The notes: generated from the sequence alone by a model not told the origin. Counted from the stretch's first letter, positions 8,800-22,423 are shown. The stretch is DNA of 64,000 bases from Takakia lepidozioides (GCA_030704615.1 CM060733.1:43400001-43464000), one strand, 5' to 3'. Program-made: numbers and translations.

Positions 8800-11055
8800 G
8801 CGTACGATCCTTTGTTACAAAGCCAATGGCAGCCATCTCCCACAGTCACCGATGAACAACGATTCGCACCCATTCTCTCCAAGATTAAGAGAAACCTCAC
8901 TTTCTGGGGCTCTAAGTTCCTCTCAATCACAGGTCGGGCACTTGTGGCCAACCAGATTCTCTTAGCTGGCCTATGGTTCTACGCAGCATCATGGCGCCCT
9001 TCTAAAATGCAAATTGGAGAATATAAAGCCTTATTGCGGAATTTCATTTGGGGAGCTAGCAAAGTGGGCCAAAAAGTCAGGCCACAGGTCTCCTGGAGAC
9101 AGATCTGCCAGCCAAAAAAACAGGGAGGACTGGGGGTTTTGGACCCGGAAATCCAAATTACAGCACTCCTCAGAAAATGGCTGCCAAGATTCTTAGGCCC
9201 AGAAGGTGGCTGGTGGAAGTTTTTGGTGGTGGGTAATCTGATGATGGCAAGTCCCCTAAAGACCTCTAGATGGCACCCCTCCATTCGTTGGATCACACAG
9301 GGATTCAAGCACAAAATGGTGAGATCGTCCCTTTGGAACGTCATCTGGAAAGCTTGGGCTACACTGAGACTTTTTCTTCGCAAAAAAGAACCAGAAACAT
9401 TTGAGGAAACCCTCCGCCAGCACCTATTTTTGAACACCAACATGCCCACACAATCTGAAAAATCACTGGCAAAAAAGTGGTCTGCCTGGGACAGCAGGGG
9501 CATCAGTCAACTAAAACACCTGTGGTCGCCTACACGCTTCCTGCATATTGACACAATTTGCCCTATTCTGGGGTCGATCAAAGCCAAGGCCGGGCTGCAG
9601 GCGGTCATAAATTCTATACCTTAAACCTGGTCCCTGTCGCTGCAGGCGGGACCACTGACCCCCTCCACGAACTTCTGGACATTAGGAGTCATAAGCAACA
9701 GGCTCACCATCATTTTGGTGATTTTTGCCACAGATACTCACTTCTCAGGGTTCGCAATCCCAAACCCTCTTCCCCCGTTTCATTCATACCCCAGTGAGAA
9801 TATGTAACTGGTCATCTAAGTTCAAAGAAATTGATCCCCAACCACCTCTTACCATACCTGTCCTGTCCTGGCTCAATACCTCCACATTTGTTTGGATCCT
9901 GGGAAGACCTCTGGCGGACCTCCAGCTGGACCCCAAGGAATGGGAATGGACCTTTGGCCGCGCTGCATCACCCCTTCTTATCTACACACCCAAGATGGCT
10001 TATAGGGCTCTTAACACACAGCCAACCCTCTCCACTAAGTGGAATAGCAAATGAAGTCACTTTGGTTTCTTGAATGAGAACTGGTTAGCAATCTGGTCTT
10101 CCATCTGGCTAAAAATTAGGCCGGCCAAGATCTCAACGTTTTTATGGCAAGTAGCGAACAGAGCCCTAAAAGTGGGAGAATGGCTGCAATTCAATGAAGC
10201 TCTTCTATGTCGATGATGCTCCTCGAGTATCATTGAATCTCATGAACACTGCCTTTCCGACCTGTATAGCTCCAGCCAAAATCTGGCCCTTCATCAAGGT
10301 ATTCTACAGACATTGGAATCTCTCAAATATTGGCCCTCTGGATCTGCTACTTAATTACAACAAAACAACCAAGGGCCGATCCTTTCCATGTCCGGTCTTC
10401 GAGACTCTTCGCGCTTCTACGTTATGGCACCTATGGCGTGCTAGATGTAAAAAGACCTTTAGCAAGGACACAATCAGTACCTCAGCTTTGTTGGCTATGG
10501 TGTACAAAGATCTTTTAACAGAGTCGAAAAAAGCTTGGGCAAAATGTGTTACAGACTGTCACAGGACTCCAAGGCAGGCGCCAACAATCCATGCATCATT
10601 CAGGAAGACGTGGGCCTGCCATGGCGTCATTTGTCAAAGCGACGAACAGGAACACTGTATTTGGAACGCTCTCCCCCCTCAGCGCTGGAGAGACCTCAGA
10701 GCTCCACTCCACGGCCTTGCCGGAATTTGAGAGAGACGTGAATTGGAAACACGTCAAGCACCCCGCCACTACTTCCAGGCTAAATTTTCGTTAAGTGTGG
10801 TGGTAGATTAGCTCCTCGATAATCTCAACTGCAGGCTTAACTTTTTGGGAGTCTCTCGATCAGGGCTAGGTTGCTGTGAGATGTTCGCTCTCTTGCAGCA
10901 CACTGCTGCACTTTAGCAGCAGGAAATGGATCTCCCTTCACTGACTACAGTGTGTAGCCCTCATGGTGCAAAAGGGGTTTTATTTTTTTCCCCTCAATCT
11001 GGAATAAATGCAATATTCAACGTAAAAATAAAATAAAATAAAATAAATAAATAAA
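8800..11055 (+). mobile_element. 5'-truncated L1/Tx1-like LINE (post-RT region, zf-RVT-like C-terminus, A-rich tail)
   Basis: LTFWGSKFLSITGRALVANQILLA...RNFIWG...VSWRQICQPKKQGGLGVLDP; TLWHLWRARCKKTF; (TAAAA)n/(TAAA)n tail at ~11024-11055. Confidence 0.85.
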
Positions 11056-11089
11056 ACGTTGAAGAGGGAAGGCAGAAGAAAGCCATCTA

Positions 11090-11480
11090 TTTGTCAGAAC
11101 CCTGCTGGAACCTGAGAAAAGGAGAATCTCCAATCCAAAAAGGATCCATGAATACCGGATTTCTGGATGGCAGAGAAGGAACCCCCAATTGATCCTATCG
11201 AAGGCTTTTTGGAATCCAACATCAACAAGGCAAGGGGTTGGTCAGAATCATGCAGCGCCTCATTGGCCAAAAGGATATTATCCAAAATGAGGCGGTTCTT
11301 CTCAAAGCCCGTCTGAGCTGGACGAATCAGAGCCGGTAATAATTTCTGAAGTCTAATAGCCAAGGCCTTGGCAATAATCTTGTAAGTATTAAGTAGAGTA
11401 ATTGGGCAATAATGGCGATATTATCTCTGTCTCCCTTCTTGAATATGAGAGCAATACACCCATAGACATCTGGGAAGGCA
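11090..11480 (-). mobile_element. L1-like LINE RT fragment
   Basis: AIRLQKLLPALIRPAQTGF...RLILDNILLANEAL...PLALLMLD, with FKKGDR/PITLLNTYKIIAK remnants upstream. Confidence 0.85.
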
Positions 11481-11612
11481 TCAATTTTTTAACCTGAGGA
11501 AAATGCTAACCATCATCATCGCCACAGATCATCCACTGCTTCCAATACTTTGTCAATAATGCTATAATGGCAGCCTCGTCATAGATTTGCCACATACTCA
11601 TGCAGTGATGTG

Positions 11613-14600
11613 CTACAAGTGGACAGGAAAAAGTTCCTCCATACCGCAAAGCATCCACATCCATGTCCCACATGTAGATTTGTCAAGAGGCAAAAAGCTG
11701 TGTCTGCACAAAGTCTGAAGATACTAGTTTCCTAGTCAAGGCCGGAAGACGACTCAAGCTTTGCTTCTTTGCACTGGAGGTGAATCCGCATGACCAGTGG
11801 TCAAAATTGTATGGACATGTTTGCAGTTTACACCATCGATCTCCAGAACTACAACGGTTCAGTTTTGTCAGGGTCAGTACCATGATAATTAGTTGGGGTG
11901 ACTTTTGGAAGTGAACTCACTTCTCATAGATGATCTCTCAGTAGGTGAGAGACGAAGGGTAGATGAAAGAGAGAGAGATGCCAACCTCTGCCCAAGACAG
12001 TTGATGATATTGCCAGTGACGGTGCTGCGCCGGTAACGAAAAAATGCTATGTAGGCTGCTTGGGTGCAGACAATGCACCAACCATGGTTGGGTTGCTTGA
12101 TATCCTGCCGCATGAATTACTACTAATCAACGTACATCTCAAGAAAGATTTGGCAGCTGTGATCTCATCCAGTGTGGGGCACAGTTTGTGGACTTTGATA
12201 GAGAGGCACCACAGATCAGTATAGCTCAACAATACTTTAAAAATCAGTCATAAGCATTAGTCGCCTTCAGACTCTCACTGTCACAGCTAATGGGATAACG
12301 GAAAGCACTAACCTTTCTTCAATCTGCTTTTCCTCTTTGGAATTGTCCTTACTCCAGTATTGTCTTGCCCATACAACAAACACACCAGTGCTGCATCCAC
12401 ATAGAGACCAAGCAAATTTCACACCATCAGAGCAATTAGTTTTATACACTGATATCCAGAGCAATGCATATGCCACTGAGTTCTGCTGAAAATGGCCTTA
12501 AATTTAAGGTTACTTCGTAAAAGTTGCTTGCTAGAGTAGAAGATGTGCATGTATGGAGCCAACCAGTTAAGCATGGAAGTTGATCTATGACTTGTGTTGC
12601 AGGTTATTTGACCTGCACAAAGCTGCAATTGTACATCTTACCAGCAATCAATTCAGATTCAAGTAGAGTCTAAGCCAGTCCAGCTTGTACGAAATTTACA
12701 GCTCTTACACCTTTCATTGCACATGGTTGGACTCATGAAGAGGTTTTGGTGCAAACAAGTGGCCATGTTTGCTTACCTCCCAGACAAGATATCACCTTGA
12801 CCCCCACAGCGACCAGGCGATCCAAAATAATCTGAGCTGATAACTGCAATGACAGCCCCCATCCATGCAGTAATCCATTAGAATTTGGAAAACAGTTTAT
12901 GCTTCAGCCCATACAGTGAGGTCTCCACCCTCAAGTCTGTCTCTCCTCTCTCTTATCCCATCTTTGCTCGACCTTCTACTGATGACAAGGCTACCCATCT
13001 AACACACGCTCTGTGGGACTCAGCCCTACGTCCCTTTCCAGTCACCCTCCCATCTACCTCCTCACCCCTCTCCACTCGTAGATATGCACCTTTCTATGAC
13101 GAAGAATGCAAAGTGGCTAGACGTCACATCAAATCTTTACTCCTAGATATCCATTCGTCTCCACATTCCAAAAACCTTGCTCTCAAGCACTATAAGTCCC
13201 TCTTTAGATCCAAAAAGAGAGCCTCCACTCTCAAGCTGCAATCTACTTTCCTTGCAAAAGGCAAATTTTCTCCTCGTTCTTTTTGGTCCCTCCTTAAACC
13301 TCACAGAGACCCACCTGCGATCACTGACATTCACGTCTGGCACGAGTCATTGTACCATTCCCCAAACCAATCTCCCTCTCTCATAACCTCTAAACCCCTA
13401 CACTTTTCTCTCTTTACTACAACCAACGTCAGCAAGGCAGTCAAGAAGCTGCAAAATGGCAGGGCATTGGATATTTCAGGGCTGCAGGTGAATTCATCAA
13501 GCACGCAGCACCCACTTTGGCACCCGTTTATAGATTACCTCTTCAATGAGGCAGTGCAACATGGTTTTCCAACAGAGTGGACAAAGAGCATCATCCACCC
13601 CCTCTTCAAGAGCGGTGACAGGCTCGCACCGACCAACTATCGCACAATCATGGTGTCATCGTTATTGGCTAAGCTGTTTGGGGCAGTAGTGGCCAAGGAG
13701 TTGGATGATTGGGCTGAATCCTCTCACATACGTGCTAAAGGACAAGCTGGTTTCCGTCGCAACAGATCCACTCTTGACCACATTTTCACCCTTCAGGTTA
13801 TGGTGGAACGTGCTAGCTTTGACAAAAAACTGGTCTACGTCTGCTTCGTTGACTTCCACAAGGCTTTCGATTCCGTTCCTCGTGACCTTCTTTTCCAACG
13901 GCTCGATAGGGTGGGATCCCACAGTATGTTCTCTATGCTATTTCCTCCATGTATGAGATCGTCACTGGCATGGTCAATGTCGCAGAGGAATTCTCAGCTG
14001 AGGTCCATAGCAACATTGGGGTCAAACAGGGCTGCCCCCTCTCACCTACCCTGTTTGGAATCTACATTGATGCCTTGGAAAACTACATCTCAAAACACCA
14101 TGGAGTTGGAGTGCCATTGGATGGAGGAACAACACAATCAGATCTCCTCTACGCGGATGATGTTGCCCTTTTGGCACAATCTCCTGTCTTCCTACAACGC
14201 CATCTTCACATCCTGGAACGGTTCTCCAAAGACTATGGGCTACAAGTCAACCTTAGAAAAACCAAGAGCATGGTTTTTAATAGGCAGGCCAACCGCAAAT
14301 TCTTCCTCAACAACCGGGAGGTTGAAATAGTCAAGTCCTACTGGTATCTGGGTCTGGTTATCCACTCCCCCAAATTCCAGTTTGGAGCAACTGCCCTGTA
14401 CAGATTAACAAAAGGCAAGGCAGCCTCCATCCGCCTACAGGCCAAATGCAAACAGATCCACCTGCGCCATCCACCTACCAAGAAGTGGCTGTTTGATAGC
14501 GTGGTCACCCCAAATGCCACTTTCGGTTGTGAATTTTGGGCACCAATGGTCCCAGTTTCCTGGTGGGAAAAGAATCTGGAACCATTGCAGTCATCTTTCC

Positions 14601-17600
14601 TCCAAGCAATGCTTGGCGCCAGAGGCACAACTCCATCTCACATACTGAATGCAGAATTCGCCTGTGTGCCACTTCAAACTGAGGCCCTCTTTCCGGCTTA
14701 CAATTTTCCTGCATAGGTTACAAGCCCTTCCCCCCAAGGGACTTGTGGCCAGGGCCCTCACAACATCTATGACACTCAAAAATGCAGGCTTCAAATCCTG
14801 GTATGCTCGTGTGGATACCTTTTTTGAACGCCATGGACTCTCTATTGCTTCACTTTTGCCAGTGAACCCAGAAGGGGTGATCATCGCATCCAAGCACGAC
14901 CGCAACCAACTCATCAGAAAGGAGCTCATGGAGCTACATGTCAGGAGAACTTGGAAGTTACCCAACCTCACGACAAAGCTCCATTTCTATCGAGAAACAT
15001 TCCTGGTTCTCCAAGATGATAGAATCTTGCGGTCCAATTACCTTTCGGCCTCTTTATCTCCTTCTCTCCTGAGGGCTTTGGGGCGGTTCAGGGTGGGCTC
15101 CCACAACCTGCGGATAGAGACTGGCAGATGGGAAAACCTGCAGCAGGAGGACCGGCTCTGTCCAGCTTGCATAGGGCGCAACCAGGAAATTGAAACTGAA
15201 GATCACTTCTTCTATTGCCCCCTATACTATGAGATACGTGGGAGATTCCATTGTCTATTCTGTGGAACCCAATCTCTCACTGAGGTCTTTCACTATGAAG
15301 ATCAGAAAGTTTGGCAGCCTCCCTGCACAAGGCATTCACCCTCAGACAATCACTAGAACAATAGTTCTTATCTCTCTGGCTTCCTGTTTTCTCTCATGTT
15401 TTTCTTTCCATTTTGTCCCATAAGCTCTATGAGCTTTCCGTGGACGTTATAAAGCACCGTTTCATTTCATTTCATCATCGTGTCTAATATGATGTCATCA
15501 AAAGCCCTATGGTCACCACACCACCCCTGACTACGTTTAATGTAGGCTGCACTTGCTGCCTCAGTCTTGTTTGCCCACCCTGGGCCACTGGCCACTTATA
15601 TGCCAACACTTCTAAGACAAGCAGTCCAATATAATTCCTTTCTCTCATCCAAACGAGTAGTTGTACCCACATCCTCTCAAGATCATACAACTTCTCTTGG
15701 ATCGGTACTATCTCTCAAATGCAACCTACGTAGGCAGCTGGCCATTCAGAACATGCCCTTTTGGACAAACCTGTTGTACCATCACTGATGTAATCTGTCT
15801 TGCCCTTCTGCACAACTGTAACCCCTCCCATCCTGATCCCACATTCACACAATTAGTGTTAACATATTGAACACATCCTAACTGGTCAGAACTTTGGGTA
15901 TACTTGATGACAACTAGATGCAGTACTGGCACAGGCTAATCAAGGTATCCGTCTCTCAGGAAACTCATAAAAAACCAATAATTAGTTGAAGGAATAGAAA
16001 CAAAATCTCAATATTCAGAGGAATAGGGACCTGACAACTGATAATGATTAGTGGACGCCACACTCCTGAAACATATACCTCTTCAAGAGACTGTAGAAAA
16101 ACTTGCAAATAAAGCCACAGGTCAGGTGATCTGCACATTGGGTTCCATGTTGTAACCTAGAAGTGGGAGGGGAAGATAGAAAAAAAGGAGCTTACCTTTG
16201 AGCAAGTGCTTGCAGCTGGCCAGAGCGGTCTTCATCAAGTACTTCACGCCAATTCACAGGACCTTCATGATTTTTCTCTCCAATAACTTTAGCTACCAAA
16301 CGTGTGTACTCCTTGGCATTGGGAGTCAAAACAGCAAGTGGATATCCCATCACTAGTTCTGGATGGTTGGTCACAATAAATAGCCCATCCTGTGACCAAA
16401 AATGCTTTAGGAACAACTCAACCTCCAATTTAAAAGGCGTGTCTTTGGGCCAACTGACCCCATTCCATGACAGCGATGTCATTCAACCTGATAATAACAC
16501 CTTTAAACCGGCAATGGGGCCATTTAACAACATAGATATGACACATGTATGGCGTTGCACTGCCAGATGCAGAGGGGATCAAAGAGTAGACTGCAACCCT
16601 ACCTTGGATGTCACTGCACTGCCATTAGCCCGGTAGGAACTAAAGAAGCGAGGGAAGACAACTCATTCAAACAGAACAGGTGGCAGCAGGCAGACAGGGA
16701 ATCTTAGGACAGATTGAAGTTGAAAACAAATTATGAGAGGTAGGAGAAACGATAACAATAACATCTGAAGGAAAATGAAGAAAGCTGACTGAAGTCCAGA
16801 GAATTACCGCATCAAGAACAAGAGGAATCTTGAAGGATTTTGCAATTTGAATAATCTCCACTACACAGTCCTGATTCCCTCACAAAAGGAACAATTTAAT
16901 GAAAGCAGCTGACAGTATGTGTTCCCAGTCTCTCCTCCCATCCTCCTACATGCCCTGGTTATCTATAGCAGTGACATGTTTGAACCCTGAGTAACTCTGT
17001 GGTCTTACTTGTACTTGAAGTTGTAAACATGACACCCACCAGCCAGTGTTGAGATTCATTGTGTTAGCTTTCACGTCTAATTAACATCCCGAAGCCATCA
17101 TAAAAGGGAGAGAAGAGGGTCCGCCAAGCATTCTCCGAGACTCGGTGGTTTAACTTAGGGATCTCAACAACAGCTGTTTAATCTTATCAAGACACCATCT
17201 CTGTCAAGCTGCAAAGTCATCAAGGATTAAAGAGGAAGCATAACATGCCATTTTCACCTGGATATACCTACAGGCGTCAGTCATGATAGCATGAGTGAGC
17301 TATGTATGCGCACCAGGAGAAAAGCATCACGACCAAGGCCTGGTCCAATGACGAAGCAATCGAAGCGCTGAAGCCATTTTTCCACTTCCCCAATGACCTT
17401 CGCTTTCAGCTCACATCTCTCTTTCACCTCAAGTTCCCTGCATTGTATTAAAAACTGAGTAGGGAAGTCAGTCTGTCTTGTCCCATAAGACTTCCTTCCC
17501 CTCTCTCTCCAAGTTCCCTGCATTGGATAGAAAACAGAGGATGATGGTGCACATTGCACACTAAGGTACTGAAAACAGGCCAGACTAGACTTACCCAGTG

Positions 17601-18512
17601 ACATTCGATTCATGCAGTACGGGGTGAACGATTAACTCAGGGCTGTAACTCTTAATTACAGTAGCAGCACCAGCGGTGCAGAACACGTGTGCAAGATCTG
17701 CCCCCTGTATGCACACAATTGTTTAGTATGCAAAAACCCCTTCATTCTCAACACTTCCATGCTCGAGGTAGAGTCCCTGCTAAATAACGAATGCTTCCTC
17801 AGGTATGGCTCACAAACTACACATCAGTATGTAAAGGAAATTGGATGGTAAAATCATTCATGAATCAAAATCAAAATACATTTGGTTGCAGTGGCCTGAA
17901 TCATCCATGCTTCAATCCTTGTTGCCAAGTGGTGGCTATGAAGTTTAGTGAAATGGAGCAATGTTGAGAGAAATAACTCTGCATAGAGACTGTTGCTAGC
18001 AATTCCTGCTCCAAGGAGATCAGCATCCTTGCACAGAGGACCAAGCTGTGGCAGGACATGATGGGAGTGAGGAGAGCAGAGGGGGAGAAAAGAGATCTCC
18101 GATGAAACAGACAAGGAGATGGTTGGTTCAAGGACAGATAGGAACAAGGAGGATGCGAATTCAGACCACTTTCAAAGCAGAGATGGCAGAGAAAAATGGT
18201 GCACCAGTGTACTCCCGGCAGCCTCCAATCACACCGATCCTGCCTACACCCCAGTTTGATAGTACTTCGATGGTGAGTCATTTCTGCAAATAGGCCTTCC
18301 ACTTTTCCAAATCTGTGATAGGCAAGTGAACAGTTTCAAACACTCTCAATACAGGAATAAGAAGGTACAATGCTAGTTACAGTCTGCCAGACGAGCATGA
18401 CAAAGAAGACGAGACACGCACCAGCTTCTCCTTTATGTTGTCCTTGGGTGAGCGATGGTACAATAAGTTTCAACGTAGGTAAAATGATTTGCAGCTTAGA
18501 TTTTCCCTCCAT
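11613..18512 (-). pseudogene. NAXD: ATP/ADP-dependent NAD(P)HX dehydratase (YjeF-C / carbohydrate kinase family), probably disabled at the 3' end
   Basis: Exons: 18512-18422 (..IVPSLTQGQHKGEAG), 18243-18167 ([25 protein letters not shown]), 17704-17595 ([22 protein letters not shown]), 17437-17314 (IGPGLGRD), 16870-16808 (PLVLDA), 16389-16196 (DGL..LTPNAKE), 15832-15771 (GGVTVVQKGKTDYISDG), 12843-12777 (GSPGRCGGQGDILSG), 12390-12313, 12104-11986 (frameshifted) and 11643-11613 (MEELFPVHL*, acceptor reads GG not AG). Confidence 0.85.
12920..15478 (+). mobile_element. Non-LTR retrotransposon (RTE-X/CR1-like) inserted antisense in a NAXD intron, frameshifted
   Basis: QAGFRRNRSTLDHIF, FVDFHKAFDSVPR, GVKQGCPLSPTLF, LYADDVAL, and C-terminal RFRVGSHNLRIETGRW..RLCPAC..EDHFFYCPLY; (TTTCA)n tail at ~15460-15475. 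Confidence 0.9.
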
Positions 18513-19106
18513 GGTTATCAGATCACTGCTTCCTTGTAAAGGGCTACTTGCAATTAGCAATAATGGTGATCCGTCGCTTGCGTTTGCCCTCTCCGTCTTC
18601 CAAGGAATTTGTCTGTTTCTACTTTTGGAATGGGCCTTCGACATATCGGACCACCAATCCACACGCAGCCACAAATCATCCTCCCAACTTGGCACCGGAC
18701 CTTCGGTTGTTTGCTTCCCAACCGTCCCTATGAGTTGCTTCAAATTCCAAGTGGCATCATGTGCCCGGCACTCCACCCATTCGCGAAACTTCAACTTCAT
18801 CGTGTCCTCCCTCCAATCATCCCCTCGAAGAGCCTCCCTCATTTTCCCTTCTATGTCGCGTTGAAAAGTGTCAAACCCCTCACGCCCATGCAGAACATAC
18901 GCACTTCGCAGGCACATCACATCTTTCTCAAGGAAAAAATCTTTGACCACTTCCCTCACACGCTTCAAGGCCTCCTTGCTCGGATAATCGTCTTTGTTGA
19001 CATAGCTATCTCGTGCGTGACCATGTTTCTTCCTCTTCTTGCTCCGGCCCCCGATCCCCGATGAACTCCCCGGGACATTGTTGGACGGTGACCCAGATAT
19101 GTTCAA
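18513..19106 (-). mobile_element. Transposon-like ORF (resembles the CACTA/En-Spm accessory 'Transposase_24' region) in frame with NAXD exon 1
   Basis: Basic NLS-like RSKKRKKH followed by PSWEDDLWLRVDWWSDMSKAHSKSRNRQ, which resembles the W..LV..W.S....S..NR pattern; no stop before the NAXD ATG at 18512. Confidence 0.4.
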
Positions 19107-20160
19107 AATCTAGGATCGGAATCCACAAGTACCATTGGCCAAAACCTCGGTCCTCCCCTGTTCCGGGTCTCTACGTTTCTTTATCCCCTTGCAAGTTGCT
19201 ACAATCCCCTAAGCAAAGACCACACTAAACCAAAGAAACAAAAACAAGCGAAAACCACTACCCTCACCCGTGACCCATTGCTCCCTTGCGTGCATGGTTC
19301 AACTTGAAGAATGCCAAGCATTCAAGGGACACAAAACCACACACACACAAAAACGAAACCCTCCCCGCGTACCCACAGCCCTTTGCTTGTGTAGTGCTCC
19401 TAAGCAAGGAATGCAAAGCCTGCAAGGACCACAGAGCACGCACGAGTGAGGAGAGCAAAGAGTTTGAAGACTACAAGCGAGGGGGTTTTTATACCCTTCC
19501 CACCAGCCGGCCGACCGTTTTCTGGGTCGCCCCTTTTTTGGGGCAAAGGGGCGCCACAACGGTTTTTGCCATTCCGGGCGTTTTGCCGGCAGCCCCGGTC
19601 CAACGTGCCGGATATTCCGCCCGGTTCAAAATAGGTCTTGCCGCCTCCACGTGGCACCTACGGAATGAGCCAGCTGGACTTGGCCACCGACCAAGTACAA
19701 CATCCGTAGTGCCAAACATATGTGGCGCCGCCATTCTCTTATTGGCGACTTATCGCCAAATTGCTACCACAAAAAATAGAATGGAATATGCCGTCGAAAG
19801 ATCCCTATTTTTTCATGGATGGAATCGCCAAACTTCTCCAAATACAAAATATTACTTATAGATGAATTCGCCAAATATGGATGAGATAAGTGGATTAAAA
19901 TACAGAGGTGGATGAACAGAATGTACGGCTATTTAGCAAAGCTCTCTAGCCACTCGTGCTGTTTCCCAAAGAAACGCTGACATTGTGGCGGTAACGGTTT
20001 GCATACGTGGCATCATCTCAATAGTTCATCCGACGTCACCAGGTCAGTGCAATGGCAGTCAGGATGTGAGTATGGTTGTGTACCTCGGAACTTCCGAGCC
20101 ATGGATGATTGGCCAAACCTGCTACCCTTCAAATTTTCATTTCATAATCCAGCCAAGAGT

Positions 20161-21297
20161 ACGTTGTCCACTTACGGGCTCTGACTTGCGGGCCTGCATT
20201 TCTGCTTCAGGACTACTGAATGCCATCTAAGTCCGGAGAACTGAAGGACCTGCTGTAAAGGACATGTTGTCTCCTAGATTAAACTGAGTCGATGCAGCAT
20301 GGCTTGCGCGATGGACTGTTTTTGTCAACCTATTGGAATGTATTTGTCAAGTATGGCCGCTGAGCTTTGAATCGTCTTCCTTTCCGCCACGGACATTTCT
20401 CAGATTTCTTCGCACGCACATCCTCAAGATTCCTTGTCTCTCGTGTTTAATACTGGAGGTTTGTTAGAGTCGAGGTTTTGTTAAGACTGGCCTCTGCAAC
20501 TTCCGGAGCTTCAGTTGGTTGACAAATTGCATGAGGTTGGTGCCGTTTTTGTGGTGTTTATGGTAGGGATAGATAGTTCTACTGCAGAGACGTTTTCCAT
20601 CAGTTCTACGTGAGGCGCTTGAGTTGTCTTCGTCAAAGAGTACATTGTCCACTTACGGGCTCTGACTTGCGGGCCTGCATTTCTGCTTCAGACTACTGCA
20701 TGACATCTAAGCTCCGGAGAACTGAAGGACCTGCTGTAAAGGAAATGTTGTCTCCTAGATTAAACTGAGTCGATGCAGTATGGCTTGCGCGATGGACTGT
20801 TTTTGTCAACCCACTGGAATGTATTTGTCAAGTATGGCCGCTGAGCTTTGAATCGTCTTCCCTTCCGCCACGGACATTTCTCAGATTTCTTCGCACGCAC
20901 ATCCTCAAGATTCCTTGTCTCTCTTGTTTAATGCTGGAGTTTTGTTAGAGTCGAGGTTTTGTTAAGACTGGCCTCTGCAACTTCCGGAGTTTCACTTGCT
21001 TGACAAAATTGTGTTTATGGTAGGGATAGTTAGTTCTATTGCAGAGACGTTTTCCATCAGTTCTACGTGAGACGCTGAAGCTGTCTTCGTTTGTTCCTAG
21101 TGAAGAGTACATGATGCTCCCACTCTCCACATACGGGCTCTGACTTGCGGACCTGCATTTCTGCTTCAGGACTACTGAATGTCATCTGAGCTACGGAGAA
21201 CTAGAGGACCTGTAGTAAAGGAAATGTTGTCTCCTACATTAGTCTGAGTCGATGCAGCATGGCTTCCGCGATGGATGCATTTGTCAACCTAGTGGAG
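20161..21297. repeat. ~480-bp tandem repeat, about 2.4 copies
   Basis: TCCAC(T/A)TACGGGCTCTGACTTGCGG recurs at ~20167, ~20648 and ~21127. Copies 1 and 2 are nearly identical; copy 3 is partial and more diverged. Confidence 0.95.
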
Positions 21298-21535
21298 TGT
21301 CCGGACTGACTATGTTATTGAATGGCCCTTAAGCTCCATCGTGTCTCTCACACTCTAAGTTAACTCCTGGTCGCAGGTTCATTTTATGTAGTGCTCAGAA
21401 GTCACACTAGTTAGCGAACATGACAGAGCATATGACACAGCGGATTTTGCCGCCATTGTCAATCTCAGGGCCCAGGGCTACTTCTTGTCGAATTCTGAAA
21501 GTGTTTAGCTGCCACCACTCGAGCAGTTCAGATTT

Positions 21536-21560
21536 GAGAGAGAGAGAGAGAGAGAGAGAG
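21536..21560. repeat. (GA)n microsatellite
   Basis: Read directly from the sequence. Confidence 0.95.
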
Positions 21561-22423
21561 GATTCCATAATTTCCAGTAGCGGCGATGGGACAAAGTAGA
21601 AGTAAAGGTGCAGCATGATGAATATTTTGCATAATGCGAGGGCAGAGAATGTCAGAAACCAGTGTAGTAAAAGGCTCTGAAAAAGACTGTCACAAGCTCA
21701 ACCTCCAAATAGGGCTACTGCAGATGGCTTGTACCGAACGCTCCCGCGATAGTTTTATGAATCACTGTCATCATACCGGATTGTGCTGTAGACTGGACTG
21801 TCCAGAGTTGCACAGCAGCTATGTATACTCTCCAAATCGGAGCTTGTGGTGGAGGGACCTATGCCAATTAGTGTGCTCTATTGTTGTGCATTACTTCCTG
21901 TGCGTTTGCAAGTTGCAATGGAATACTAGTAGGCTAGTGGATCATGACCATTAGTCTACCATATGGTCTTGGGGGAATTTTGCGTTCTGCTCTAGTATGT
22001 TCCACCAGACGATTTCTCTAGGATATATTCTTTCAGGAGAGTGCTGTGTACAGTTTGGAAAGTAATGTGCCTAGTTCAGAGGCCTAACTGCCAGGGAGTC
22101 CAGCAAGCCTGTGCTGCAGTTTAAGTTCTGGAGATCGTTTTACTTTATTGAAATTTTGGCATGATTCCAAGACAGCACTTACTGCTTAACATTGCTAGAC
22201 CATGAGTATCGTTTGAATATGATGCTCCTGTTTTTTGTGCAGGTAAGACTTCCAGGTTGGTTCACCGGCGTTCCCATTGCGCTCTGACTGGGATGGTGGA
22301 CTTTGCTGGCTGAGGACGAGGCCCTTCGTTCATCACTGAACTGAGTGCTCTGGACAAGTTTTCACCCTGAACCTTCCAATCCTAAGAAGACTTCTGGGTA
22401 AGAGACTATCACTTGTTGCTCCA

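Noticed and set aside
8338-9624. 428-aa ORF joining the transposase C-terminus to a LINE post-RT region, as a novel fusion protein
   Set aside because: Best explained as a 5'-truncated LINE landing in frame by chance. Both parents have stops and frameshifts nearby, and the ORF lacks most of both catalytic cores.
19500-19960. GC-rich short inverted motifs (CCGG, TTGGCG/CGCCAA) as CACTA subterminal repeats
   Set aside because: I could not locate a CACTA/CACTG terminus or TSD, so the boundary is unsupported.
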